Assembly (NCBI GenBank): GCA_033764955.1
Contig: JANRIL010000023.1
Coordinates: forward strand, 32,001 to 96,000
Reading direction: 5' to 3'
DNA length: 64,000 nucleotides
Source of the DNA: Cyanobacteriota bacterium
GTDB taxonomy: Bacteria > Cyanobacteriota > Cyanobacteriia > Thermostichales > Thermostichaceae
Shown here piece by piece: positions 29,117 through 38,982 of the stretch (within the stretch, counting starts at the first letter, position 1; every line of letters begins with the position of its first letter). The notes beneath the pieces are model-generated. The model searched no databases and had not been told where the DNA came from. It saw only the letters and a list, made by a program, of their open reading frames with translations. The position numbers were made by a program, and so were the translations under genes.

Positions 29117-30484
29117 TCAATTGCCAAACGGATTAGGAGTGCCCCATAAAGCCATCAAATCATCCAGTTCGCGGTAATCGGGGAGTGAGGTATCAATCGG
29201 TTTACCGCGGCGCAACACGAGGCGGTCATGTTGGGAGCGGGAGAGTAGTTCGCTAAAGCCACGCCCTTTGAATAGCACCAAATCCGCCGAACAGCCCACG
29301 CCAATTTGACCCGTATCCCCCAGATTCATCAGGTGAGCAGGAGTTTTGGTGATGGCTTGAGGCCACTGACCATAGGGGGTATCCAAATGACCAATCCGTA
29401 CTGCCTGCGTAAACACCTCTAACCCATCGTGATCGCCAAAACCATAAAAAGGATCCCGACAATTGTCACTGGCAACGGCCACCGGGATGCCAGCGCTGTG
29501 TAATTCCTGGATCAGGGTAATGCCTCGCCAGCGGGGGGTACGCTGGGGCTGGCGATCCTGCAAAAACAGATTACACATCGGCAGGCTGACAATACCGATT
29601 CCTGCCGTTTTGACCAGTTGCAAGGTTTTCTGGACTTCGGCCTCCGGCTGCACTGCCAAGCTGCAACAGTGACCACACACCACCCGTCCCGCAAAGTTAT
29701 GGCGCAGGACAGCGGCAGCCACATGGCGGAGGGTTTGTGCTTGGGGATCCCCACTTTCATCACAGTGAAAATCCAGATCCAGTCCTCGCTCTTGGGCGAG
29801 ATCAAACACCCGATCCAAGTGTCTATCCAGATCGGGGCCAGGCTGCGTAACCCCCCCCAGCAACCCATTCAGATCCGCTACACGGTCAGCCAGATGCTCC
29901 CCAGCAGGGGTCATAAAGGAGTCCAGATAGAGAATTGTCACCGCCTGTAGAGTCAAGCGGCCTGCCCATTCCTTTTGCAGGTGGGCAAAAATCTCCAGGT
30001 TGGCGATGGTTTGGGGAGAGGAGCAAGAGATATGGGTACGAATGGCCTGCGTACCGTGGGCATAGCTACATTTCAGACCAAACTCCAGGCGTCGCCGCAC
30101 ATCCTCCTGAAAGCGTTTGGGATCCCCCTGATAAACCTGTGCCATCCGCTCCCAGTCGGCCTGAGCCGCCGTAGCCGCCCCCGCAAAAGTCCCGTCTGGA
30201 TTGGGGGTGCGCGACCAAACATGGCCTTTGTCCAGATGCGTATGCATATCCACAAAACACGGCCACACCTGCCCCCCCCGCCAATTGACCACCGGGATCC
30301 CCGATTGGGAGTGCTCACCAGCGGGCAACACCTGAATAATCAGGCCATCCCGAATGCAGAGATCCACCGCCACCAAACCATCGGGCTGGGATCCCTGAAG
30401 CAGGCGAGTGTCGTTGGTGGTCAGCAGGGATTGGGGAACGTGAGCATTGGCAAGCCAATAGCAAGGAACATCCGGGATGGTCAT
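29117..30484 (-). CDS. codA: Cytosine deaminase-like amidohydrolase
   Basis: DMHTHLDKGH, DFHCDE, GHCCSL, ASDNCRDPFY. Confidence 0.88.
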   Translation of the reverse strand: MTIPDVPCYWLANAHVPQSLLTTNDTRLLQGSQPDGLVAVDLCIRDGLIIQVLPAGEHSQSGIPVVNWRGGQVWPCFVDMHTHLDKGHVWSRTPNPDGTFAGAATAAQADWERMAQVYQGDPKRFQEDVRRRLEFGLKCSYAHGTQAIRTHISCSSPQTIANLEIFAHLQKEWAGRLTLQAVTILYLDSFMTPAGEHLADRVADLNGLLGGVTQPGPDLDRHLDRVFDLAQERGLDLDFHCDESGDPQAQTLRHVAAAVLRHNFAGRVVCGHCCSLAVQPEAEVQKTLQLVKTAGIGIVSLPMCNLFLQDRQPQRTPRWRGITLIQELHSAGIPVAVASDNCRDPFYGFGDHDGLEVFTQAVRIGHLDTPYGQWPQAITKTPAHLMNLGDTGQIGVGCSADLVLFKGRGFSELLSRSQHDRLVLRRGKPIDTSLPDYRELDDLMALWGTPNPFGN

Positions 30485-30543
30485 GGGCAGGTTTATCGAG
30501 AAAGCTTAATCCATAAATCTTAATGATTTTAAGGGAAGTGTTT

Positions 30544-32127
30544 CTAGGAACGCAAAAAACCAGGCAAGTCGATGCCCCGTTGAGTGATGCGGCGGGGCAC
30601 CCGTTGGGGAGGGGGGGCTGGCGGCTTATGGGTGAGGGTGGGTTCAACCGATTCTTTGGTGGGGGAACGCTCCAAAGCCAGCTTGAGGCGGAGATGGTGT
30701 TGTTGTTGCTCGGTGATCTTTTCTTTGAGGATCTGAATCTCCGCCTCCATCTGGGATTGATATCCAGTTTGTCGTTCCAGATCGGCGGATTGCTGGCTGA
30801 GTTCTTGGGCTAACCGACTATTTTCCTGTTCTAGGTGTTTGACTTGGGATTGGGCAGAGAGCAACTCCGGTAGCAGGGTTTGGTATTCGGTCACCTGCGC
30901 TTGCAGGGAAGCCAGTTGCGCTAGCATCTCTGGCGAGGGATCCCCGGCCTGCTCCCCATCTTCTGCATGATTCGGAGTGAGAGGGTGCGGAAGGTTGAGT
31001 TGTTCATAATGGCTGAGGCGCTGGTTGAGATCGGCAATCTGAGCTTGCGCCTGCCAGAGAGTCGTCTGCCATTCCTGCTTTTGTTCCTGCCAACGCTGTT
31101 CAATCTCACTTTCGGTTTCGGCATATCCAGCAAGACGAGCTTCCAAATGTTCCCGTTGCTCCAGCCAGGCTGCCTGTTGATTGGCATGGAGACTTTTCAG
31201 TTGACTAAGTTCCTGTTGAGTTTCGGCAATTTGGGTACGGGCTAAGGAGAGTTCAGCCTTGAAGCGTTGCAGCATATCTACCCGTTTTTGAGCCAGATCT
31301 TGCGCTTCAATCAGCGCAACCTGAGTTTCTTGCTGACGAGTCTCCCATTGACGGCGCTCTTGAGCCATCGCCAGTTGTTGTTGTTGCAGTTGTTCTTGCA
31401 GGGTTTCAATATCCTGCCGCTGCCGTTCGTTGAGTTTTTGCCGAGCGGCCACTTGAGATTCGAGATCACTCACCTTCAGAAGCAGTTGGTGATGGTCTGT
31501 GCGATGGGTTTGCAGGTGAGCTTCTGCCTGAGCCAACGTTTGTAATTTTTGCTCTTGACTGGCCAGTTGTTGCTCTAGAATTTGAACTTGAGCCTGCAAC
31601 TGGTCAATGGCTTGCTCCCGCAGGGCTACGGTGGCGACCAGATCGGCGGACTGGCTGGCCTGCTGCATCTCAAATTGTTCTCGGCGTTTTTGGGCAGCAA
31701 TTTCGTGTTGGGAGAGGGTTTGTCTCAGGTGGGTTACTTCCTGCGTCAGATGTTCACAGGTTTGCTGCCGTTCCTGCAATTGTGCTTCCAGCTTCAGGAG
31801 GCGCGCCTCCAATCGTTGCCGCTGTTGAATGGCTGTCTCCAACTGGCTGTGCAGATCAACATCGGATTGGGCATCGGGTTGTGAAGCAGGAGAACTAGCC
31901 ATGCATGGCCCTTGGGTAGGAGAAGAGGAACTAAGCGGTAAATTTCCTTGCAGTATAGTGATATTTTCCGCTGGTCTCAAGGGGAGGGTGGGATCCGCCA
32001 ACCGGGAGGGATCCCCCACCAGGTCGCGGTCAGAAGGATCCGCAGGCGGAGGGTTTTCCTTTTTGGATTGACGAGGACGACGTGAACGACGATCCGAAGG
32101 ACGATCTTGATGATCTGAACTAGCCAT
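30544..32127 (-). CDS. Long Gln/Glu-rich coiled-coil protein
   Basis: About 400 aa of heptad-rich sequence after a disordered N-terminus. Start placed at MASSDHQ (uncertain). Confidence 0.75.
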   Translation of the reverse strand: MASSDHQDRPSDRRSRRPRQSKKENPPPADPSDRDLVGDPSRLADPTLPLRPAENITILQGNLPLSSSSPTQGPCMASSPASQPDAQSDVDLHSQLETAIQQRQRLEARLLKLEAQLQERQQTCEHLTQEVTHLRQTLSQHEIAAQKRREQFEMQQASQSADLVATVALREQAIDQLQAQVQILEQQLASQEQKLQTLAQAEAHLQTHRTDHHQLLLKVSDLESQVAARQKLNERQRQDIETLQEQLQQQQLAMAQERRQWETRQQETQVALIEAQDLAQKRVDMLQRFKAELSLARTQIAETQQELSQLKSLHANQQAAWLEQREHLEARLAGYAETESEIEQRWQEQKQEWQTTLWQAQAQIADLNQRLSHYEQLNLPHPLTPNHAEDGEQAGDPSPEMLAQLASLQAQVTEYQTLLPELLSAQSQVKHLEQENSRLAQELSQQSADLERQTGYQSQMEAEIQILKEKITEQQQHHLRLKLALERSPTKESVEPTLTHKPPAPPPQRVPRRITQRGIDLPGFLRS

Positions 32128-32290
32128 CTCCCCACCCCCACCGATACAACAACACCTTGCTTTTAAGCGTAGCTGACCGGAGGCGGATTTTCTGGTGGCA
32201 AGAACCGAGGGATCCCTTTCCCCCCATATCTTCCCCCCAGCTCCCCGGCATGACTGGGGTTCATTACGGGAGTTCTGGATGGAGCGGGTG

Positions 32291-33226
32291 TTAGTGATGG
32301 GTATCCGGCAGTTTAGGTAGGGAGGCAGATAACACCATTCGCCTAGCCTGAGACTGGTCATAAGCAATCCACAAGCCACTAAAAAAGATGATGGCGCTAC
32401 CGATCCAGGTCCAGATTGTGGGCAGTTCTCCGAAGGCAAAATAGCCGATCAGGGTTGCCCAAATCATGGCCGAAAAATCAAAGGGCATGAGGGTGCTGAG
32501 GTCGGCTTGGCGGTAAGCCTGGGTGACGGCCAGTTGTCCTAGTGTGCCCAAGGCTCCCAAAGCCACCAACCCCCACCATTCGGTTGCGGTCGGCCACTGC
32601 CACACCAGAAGAGCAGGGATGAGGGAGAGGGGGGTTTGCACCAACCCCATGTAGGTAGTAATGGTTAAACTAGATTCCGTTTGAGCCAAAATCTTCACCA
32701 AAATCGCCGCCCAAGCCAAAAGGAGTGAGGCCAACAAAATCGTCATCGATCCGGCAGAAATCACCTGAAAGCCAGGGCGAAGAATGACCAGTGTTCCCAA
32801 AAAGCCCGCTGCCAGCGCCAGCAAGCGTTGCCATTGGGTAGCCTCCTTTAATATCCAAATCGCCAACAGGCTGGCAAACAAAGGGATCGTAAACCCCAGA
32901 GCGGTCGCCTCGGCCAGAGGAACCCAACTCAGCCCCAAAAAAAACAACATCATGCCCGTGTTATTGACCAGTCCCCGCAACAGATAGAAACGCATCTGTC
33001 CCGTTTGTAGGCACCCCCGTCCCACCCGCCCCAACAGGGGCAGCAACCAAAGCAGCCCGAAAAGGTTGCGGAAAAAAGCCAGTTCAAACGGGTGGAGGGA
33101 TCCGGAAAAATAGCGAATCAGGGCATCCATCACCATAAAAGCGGCGGTGGCCAGCAAAACCAAACCAATACCTCGTAAGGTGCGAGTGGAGTGGGTCGAG
33201 GAATCGGTGGCTAATACTCCGACCAT
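32291..33226 (-). CDS. DMT/EamA family transporter
   Basis: About 10 TM helices; FFRNLFG, PLAEATALGFTIPLF, VILRPG. Confidence 0.88.
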   Translation of the reverse strand: MVGVLATDSSTHSTRTLRGIGLVLLATAAFMVMDALIRYFSGSLHPFELAFFRNLFGLLWLLPLLGRVGRGCLQTGQMRFYLLRGLVNNTGMMLFFLGLSWVPLAEATALGFTIPLFASLLAIWILKEATQWQRLLALAAGFLGTLVILRPGFQVISAGSMTILLASLLLAWAAILVKILAQTESSLTITTYMGLVQTPLSLIPALLVWQWPTATEWWGLVALGALGTLGQLAVTQAYRQADLSTLMPFDFSAMIWATLIGYFAFGELPTIWTWIGSAIIFFSGLWIAYDQSQARRMVLSASLPKLPDTHH

Positions 33227-33632
33227 AGGAGTCCTTAGAATCTATGCAAACGCTCTTAATCCTCCCATAGGCCAGAGGGGGGTTTATTGCTCAGATCGAC
33301 AGGAATGGATCCCAGCCCACCGCCCTCCTCAATCAAATAGGGGAGACCACCCTATCAAATAGAAATTGAGGATCCCGCTGCTCAGTTACTGTCCTTCACT
33401 CCGCCGAATTCTCTAGAGATGATTGAAGGCTCGAAGCGTGAGCTGCCATCAGCATATCAATAGCCCCAATGGCCAGCCCTCTGGTTTTCAAACTGCTTCT
33501 AACCAAACCATAAATAGTTGCCTATGGTGGAAGCAAATTACTGAGTAAGCTTATGTATAGAGCTAAGGGATCCCCCCATGGCGCTAGACGGCAAGTTTTT
33601 CCTGTAGTGTTTACCTTCCCTGAGATCCGCCC

Positions 33633-34400
33633 ATGATTGACAGTCATGTTCACCTCAATTTTGATAGTTTTGCCGATGATTTGCAGGCGGTAGCGGAACG
33701 GTGGCGACAGGCAGGAATAACCCAACTCATCCACGCCTGTTGCCGTCCACAGGAGTTCCCTCAATTGCAAGCCGTGGCTGATCGCTTTCCCGAAGTGGCC
33801 TTGGCAGTGGGGCTGCATCCCCTACAAGCATCTGAATGGGATCCTGACACTGAGGAAAGCATCCGGGAACTAGCTCAGCAGGATGCACGGGTGGTGGCAA
33901 TTGGAGAAACAGGTTTGGATTTTTACAAAGCAGATCCGGCCACGATTGAGCAACAAAGAATGGCCTTTCGTCGCCAAATTGCTATTGCCCAACAATTGGA
34001 TTTGGCTTTAATCATTCATTGTCGAGACGCCGCCATTGTTACCCGCGAGATATTGCAGGAAATAAAGGGGATCCGGGCAGTCATGCACTGCTGGGGGGGC
34101 ACTCCCGAAGAAACCCGCTGGTTTGTGGAGATGGGCTTCTACATCAGTTTTAGTGGGATTGCCACCTTCAAAAACGCCAAAACGGTTCAACAGTCCGTGT
34201 TAGAAGTGCCTAGCGACCGCCTCTTGATCGAAACTGACTGTCCCTTTTTGGCTCCTGTTCCCCACCGTGGCCAACGCAATGAGCCTGCCTATGTTGCCCA
34301 GGTTGCCCAGATGATCAGTACCCTCCGCCAGCAACCCCTGGAGGAGATCATCGCCACCACCACCCAGAATGCCCAACGACTGTTTGCCCTAACGCAATAA
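33633..34400 (+). CDS. tatD: TatD family DNase
   Basis: IDSHVH, GLHP, IGETGLD, IIHCRDA, ETDCPFLAP. Confidence 0.94.
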   Translation: MIDSHVHLNFDSFADDLQAVAERWRQAGITQLIHACCRPQEFPQLQAVADRFPEVALAVGLHPLQASEWDPDTEESIRELAQQDARVVAIGETGLDFYKADPATIEQQRMAFRRQIAIAQQLDLALIIHCRDAAIVTREILQEIKGIRAVMHCWGGTPEETRWFVEMGFYISFSGIATFKNAKTVQQSVLEVPSDRLLIETDCPFLAPVPHRGQRNEPAYVAQVAQMISTLRQQPLEEIIATTTQNAQRLFALTQ

Positions 34401-34436
34401 CACCGAAGAACACCGAAGAACAAAGGGATCCCTCGT

Positions 34437-34745
34437 TTAGTCGCTTTCGGCTTGGGGACGAGGATCCGGCTTGCGGGAGCGGCGGGTTGGCATCCACATA
34501 CTAATGCCAGTTGCCGCCATCACCAGTAGACCCAAGGCATTCAAAAATGGATAAATGACCTGTAAGTTGACGGGTCCCCAGGTACCTTTATGTGCTTCGA
34601 TTAGCCAATAAAAATCTCCGGCCTTTCCAGTTAGTAAGGCAATTTGATAGAGAGATCCGGTGGTTACAGTGAGCAAAATTGGCAGAATCATGACGGGGGC
34701 AATCACCCGATGAGCTTTACGAATTGCTGCTTTATTGACGGCCAT
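34437..34745 (-). CDS. Small PepSY-TM-like membrane protein
   Basis: RKAHRVIAP...LTVTTG...H.G...YPFLNALGLL...TG, two TM helices. Confidence 0.7.
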   Translation of the reverse strand: MAVNKAAIRKAHRVIAPVMILPILLTVTTGSLYQIALLTGKAGDFYWLIEAHKGTWGPVNLQVIYPFLNALGLLVMAATGISMWMPTRRSRKPDPRPQAESD

Positions 34746-34859
34746 TGCTTTCCTCTCTTCCTAGCTACTTTTCATTACCATTATCCCTAATACGCAAGAC
34801 CACCGCGAGTGGATTTGCTTTGGCTATCCATTTCACTAAACAGGAATTATCCATCTGAA

Positions 34860-35123
34860 TCATAGAAAATATCGGAGGCTTTGCCATTGAGAGAGATTTC
34901 CTGTCTGGGTTTGAGTAGCCAACGGCACATCAATTAACTGTCGGATCCGCTCATCTTGTTGGTTAGAACGTCTGCTTGCCACCGTCACAAACTGATTCAG
35001 GTTTCGCTCTAGTTGATTTAGGTTTGGCTCTAGTTCCTGCATCCCTGTGGATCCGACATCAGCCACCCGCGTCACCGCCTCTGCTAATTGAGAAAATCTT
35101 TGGTTAAGTGCTCCCTCATTCAT
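34860..35123 (-). CDS. Small hypothetical coiled-coil protein, possibly degenerate
   Basis: 87-aa ORF with an internal NLNQ repeat, ATG start and purine-rich upstream sequence. Confidence 0.35.
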   Translation of the reverse strand: MNEGALNQRFSQLAEAVTRVADVGSTGMQELEPNLNQLERNLNQFVTVASRRSNQQDERIRQLIDVPLATQTQTGNLSQWQSLRYFL

Positions 35124-35410
35124 TTTCCCTTCATTGGTTGTTCGATCTTTGTGATGACCATCAGCACATCCGTAAGAGTGAGTTCACAGTCTAAATCGAT
35201 GACAGGGACGATCATAAGGGTTGAGGAGGCTAAAGATAGGTGGATTATTTGACATTCTACCCTGTCAGCATCATCCATCACGAGGGTAGAGTAGTATCAC
35301 CCTCAACAAGCAACTGGTAAGTAGCCAATAGCTTTGTATGGATCCTCAGACAAAATATCTTTATGATCGCCACTGATGAGTTTAGCCTAGCCTCTTTACC
35401 TTAGTTTTTT

Positions 35411-36715
35411 ATGATCAAAGTTTTGCATCTTTCAGATATCCATTTGGGAAGTGGTCTGGCCTATGGCAAAATCAATCCGCAAACGGGTATCAATACACGC
35501 CTAGAAGACTTTTCTTTAACACTCCAACGGTGCATCGATCACGCCCTACAAGAACCTGTAGATTTGGTTTTATTTGGCGGTGATGCCTTTCCTGATGCCA
35601 CACCACCACCCCTGCATCACGAACTATTTGCCCGCCAATTTCGCCGCCTTGCGGATGCCGGGATCCCGACTGTTTTGCTGGTGGGAAATCATGATCAATA
35701 TGGTCAAGGTCAGGAGGGATCCAGTTTGGCCATTTATCGCGCCCTGGGGGTGACCGGGTTTATTGTTGGGGATCAATTGCAAACCCATCGGATTGCTACC
35801 GCCCATGGAGAGGTGCAGGTGACGACCCTCCCTTGGCTCAACCGCTCCGCACTGCTCACTCGCCAGGAGATGATCGGGATCCCGGCGGAGTCGATTGCCC
35901 TGCAACTGCTGCAACGCCTACATCTGGCCCTCGAATCCGAAATTCGCCAATTGGATAGCCAACTTCCGGCCATTCTATTAGTCCATGCTATGGTGGATAC
36001 CGCCAAATATGGCTCAGAACGACATTTAGCCGTGGGCAAAGGCTTTATACTACCTCTTTCCCTCTTGGCTCGCTCGGCTTATCACTATGTGGCATTGGGG
36101 CATGTGCATCGCCATCAGGTACTCTGCCGGGATCCCTGGGTGGTTTATCCGGGTAGCATCGAGCGGGTAGATTTTGGCGAAGAAGAAGAAACCAAAGGGT
36201 TTGTCATCGCAGAAATTGGCTTAGCGGAAACCTCGGTGCAGTTTATCCCCTTACCTACCCGCCCTTTTCATACGATCCGTGTGGATGTTTCCTCTCTCAA
36301 AACAGAGGAGGGCAGCCCACAAACAGCCATTTTGCAGGCCATCAGCAATGTTGCTATTGCGGATGCGATTGTTCGGTTGATCTATCGGATTCGACCTGAC
36401 CAATTGGAAACCCTAGACGAGCCCGCACTCCACAAAGCCCTCAGCCCTGCCTTTAGCTATGCCATAGCCCCCGAAGTCGCCACCCCAACTCGCCTACGTC
36501 TACCAGGCTTGGATCCCCAACAACTGGAGCCGTTGCAACTGTTGCAACAATACCTAGAGACCCGCCCTGATTTAGCCCGGTTACAAACGGATTTACTGGC
36601 GGCGGCTCAGCAATTGTTGGAGCAAGACGGGGGGGAGTGGGAGCGAGAGGAATGGGATCCCGATCCTCCAGAGGAGGCATTTAGCTTGGATCCCCAACAA
36701 TTGCGCCTACTCTAA
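35411..36715 (+). CDS. sbcD: SbcD/Mre11 nuclease
   Basis: HLSDIHLG, FGGDAF, VGNHD, ALGHVH, YPGSIERVDFGE. Confidence 0.93.
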   Translation: MIKVLHLSDIHLGSGLAYGKINPQTGINTRLEDFSLTLQRCIDHALQEPVDLVLFGGDAFPDATPPPLHHELFARQFRRLADAGIPTVLLVGNHDQYGQGQEGSSLAIYRALGVTGFIVGDQLQTHRIATAHGEVQVTTLPWLNRSALLTRQEMIGIPAESIALQLLQRLHLALESEIRQLDSQLPAILLVHAMVDTAKYGSERHLAVGKGFILPLSLLARSAYHYVALGHVHRHQVLCRDPWVVYPGSIERVDFGEEEETKGFVIAEIGLAETSVQFIPLPTRPFHTIRVDVSSLKTEEGSPQTAILQAISNVAIADAIVRLIYRIRPDQLETLDEPALHKALSPAFSYAIAPEVATPTRLRLPGLDPQQLEPLQLLQQYLETRPDLARLQTDLLAAAQQLLEQDGGEWEREEWDPDPPEEAFSLDPQQLRLL

Positions 36716-36868
36716 ACACAGCCAATTTTGACCATTTAACAGCTTTTCAAACTTATTACTGATTTGTCAGCCATAGAAGCTAATCATCAATAAATACTGA
36801 GTTTGGAGAGACTAAATTTGTATATCTGACCCTTCATATTTAGGGTTTGGCCTCATCCGATAGGTTGA

Positions 36869-36988
36869 TACAGCCTATTCAGGAGTTGCCTGTTACAGGC
36901 TAGGATCCCCTCTAGCCCCCCTTGCTAAGGGGGATTTGGGGGGATCGAGATTCCTGGCCTGTCATAGATAATTCGTGAACAAGCTGTA
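36869..36988. mobile_element. MITE-like element of about 120 bp with long imperfect TIRs and an internal hairpin
   Basis: Left TACAGCCTATTCAGGAGTTGCCTGTTACAGGCTAGGA pairs with the right end (revcomp TACAGCTTGTTCACGAATTATCTATGACAGGCCAGGA). TA at both ends; inner CCCCCTT-GCT-AAGGGGG stem. Confidence 0.72.
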
Positions 36989-37310
36989 ACTCATCTTTTG
37001 ACAGATAGCTCTGTGGGTGAAAAGTCATGGGACTATGGGATCCCCTCATTTTTTGGCTTGTCCTGTTTTTTATATAATCTCTTAGAGAGGGACTATGACT
37101 TCCTCAGTCTGTTTGGTCACGGATATTGCGCGGATGCGTGATGAATTCTGCGTTTTTGCTTGTTCTCTCAGTCAGATGATTTTTTGCAGAATAACATAGT
37201 CTGTTTGCCTCTTTGAGGATGTTTGAGGGTGACAAGAGCGTATCAAAGCTTCTGGCTAATGGCTCTGACGTTGACCCTGTTACCGTTTTATGCAAACCTG
37301 AGGAAACTGT

Positions 37311-37841
37311 ATGCGTATCATGCAAAAGCTTAGTCTAGCGACAGCTACCCTATTCATATCTGGGTTCTTTCATATGGCGGTTATGGCTCAATCTTCCCCG
37401 AATTTTTCCGGTGTTTGGCAGCTTGACTTAAAAGCTTCCGACTCCATTGATGAAATTATGAAGGTGCAAGGCTTTAGTGGGATTGAGCGTAATTTTGCCG
37501 CCAAGATGGCCGTTACCCAAACCATCACCCAAACCGATCAAGTGGTCACCATCACCATCAAAAATCCTGCCAATACCACCACCGAGGAGCTGAAACTGGA
37601 TGGTTCGGAGGAAAACAAATCTACCCCGCGCATGGGAGAAGTCACCACCCGCAGCTTTTGGGATCCCAGTGGCACGGCACTGATTACAGAGTTGGATATG
37701 ACAACGAAAGACGGTGCTCCGGCGGAGCTGATCATCCGTCGCTACCTAGAAGACAACGGCAACACGATGGTGCAGGCCATGGAACTGAAGCTAGCCCAGG
37801 GAGATGTGTTGAAGGCCAACCGTGTCTTTCGCAAATCCTAA
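37311..37841 (+). CDS. Secreted calycin, FABP/CRABP-like lipid-binding protein
   Basis: Signal peptide ending AVMA|Q; PNFSGVWQL (GxW motif), helix-turn-helix-like DEIMKVQGFSGIERNFA, beta-strand pattern, terminal NRVFRK. Confidence 0.65.
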   Translation: MRIMQKLSLATATLFISGFFHMAVMAQSSPNFSGVWQLDLKASDSIDEIMKVQGFSGIERNFAAKMAVTQTITQTDQVVTITIKNPANTTTEELKLDGSEENKSTPRMGEVTTRSFWDPSGTALITELDMTTKDGAPAELIIRRYLEDNGNTMVQAMELKLAQGDVLKANRVFRKS

Positions 37842-37996
37842 GCCTGCCCGTTCACAAGCCTAGGGATCCCTAGGATCCTATGGGGCAAGATGGGAGCAAC
37901 TCAGGTTATCCTGACGGAGGTGAAGGGGAGAACGAGTGTCTAGTCTTGGGTTTCTCCCCCTTCGATGGGTTGTTTCTGTGGCTGATGGGGATCCCG

Positions 37997-38857
37997 ATGC
38001 GTCGTACTAATCTGCCTAATCTCGATCTATCCAACTTCTTACCCCTGATTGGCCTGCTGCTGGTGGGTTTGTTAGTATTGCCCCGCTGCCTGCTGGTGGT
38101 GCAACCGGGTTATGAGGCGGTGATCTTTAACCGGATTACGGGGGTGGAATTGACGCCCCGCCGCGAGGGGGTTCACATCTTGATCCCGATCATGCAGTTT
38201 CCCACCCTCTATGACATCCGCACCCAAACCTATAGCATGGCTAGCCAAAGCGAGGAGCGCAGTGTCAAAGCGGATGATTCGTTGACGGCTTTAACAGCGG
38301 ATGGGCAACGGGTGGAGTTGGATATCTCTGTGCGCTATCGTTTGGATCCCGCCAAAGTGCCAGAAATTCATCAGCGGGTCGGCCCCAACTATCTCAACAA
38401 AATTATTCGTCCCGCCTCCCAGGCTATGGTTCGCAATGTGATTGCCCGCTATTCTGCCATCGGGGTGTATTCGGAGCAACGGGCGGAAATTCAAAATCAA
38501 ATCGAAGCGGAACTGGGCACCCTTATGCAGCCCGAGGGGCTGATCCTGCAAAGTCTACTGCTGCGGAATGTGGAATTTTCCAAAGAATTTCAGTCGGCTA
38601 TCGAGGCTAAACAGATCGCGGAACAGGAAAAACAACGGGAAGTCTTTCGCGTCGAACAGGCCGAGTTAATTAAACAACGCATGATCGTCAACGCAGAAGG
38701 AGAAGCCCAATCCATCCTCCTCAAGGGAGAAGCTTTGCGGAACAACCCCAACGTCATTCAACTGGAGTATGTTCGCAACCTGCCCGATAACCTACAAGCC
38801 ATCGTCAGCGAACAAAACACAATCTTCAATTTCAGCAGTTTCCTCGAACGGGAATAG
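37997..38857 (+). CDS. SPFH/prohibitin family protein
   Basis: N-terminal TM; VQPGYEAVIFN, TADGQ, FQSAIEAKQIAEQ, AEGEAQ. Start uncertain. Confidence 0.92.
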   Translation: MRRTNLPNLDLSNFLPLIGLLLVGLLVLPRCLLVVQPGYEAVIFNRITGVELTPRREGVHILIPIMQFPTLYDIRTQTYSMASQSEERSVKADDSLTALTADGQRVELDISVRYRLDPAKVPEIHQRVGPNYLNKIIRPASQAMVRNVIARYSAIGVYSEQRAEIQNQIEAELGTLMQPEGLILQSLLLRNVEFSKEFQSAIEAKQIAEQEKQREVFRVEQAELIKQRMIVNAEGEAQSILLKGEALRNNPNVIQLEYVRNLPDNLQAIVSEQNTIFNFSSFLERE

Positions 38858-38982
38858 AGGGATTGTTCTCAGCCTTTGCCTGCTAGTCAAGGAATCCCTT
38901 AACTTTACAAGTCATAGTCGGTATGAGTATGATTTAGATATGCAACAAATCACAGTAAAGGTTCGGCTGTGGAGGCATTTCG

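Noticed and set aside
34398..34423. Tandem CACCGAAGAA x2 after tatD
   Set aside because: Only two 10-bp units with no spacers; a local duplication, not CRISPR.
35120..35215. Minus-strand peptide VPVIDLDCELTLTDV, faintly like a Uma2 nuclease tail
   Set aside because: Too short and weak to support without a search.
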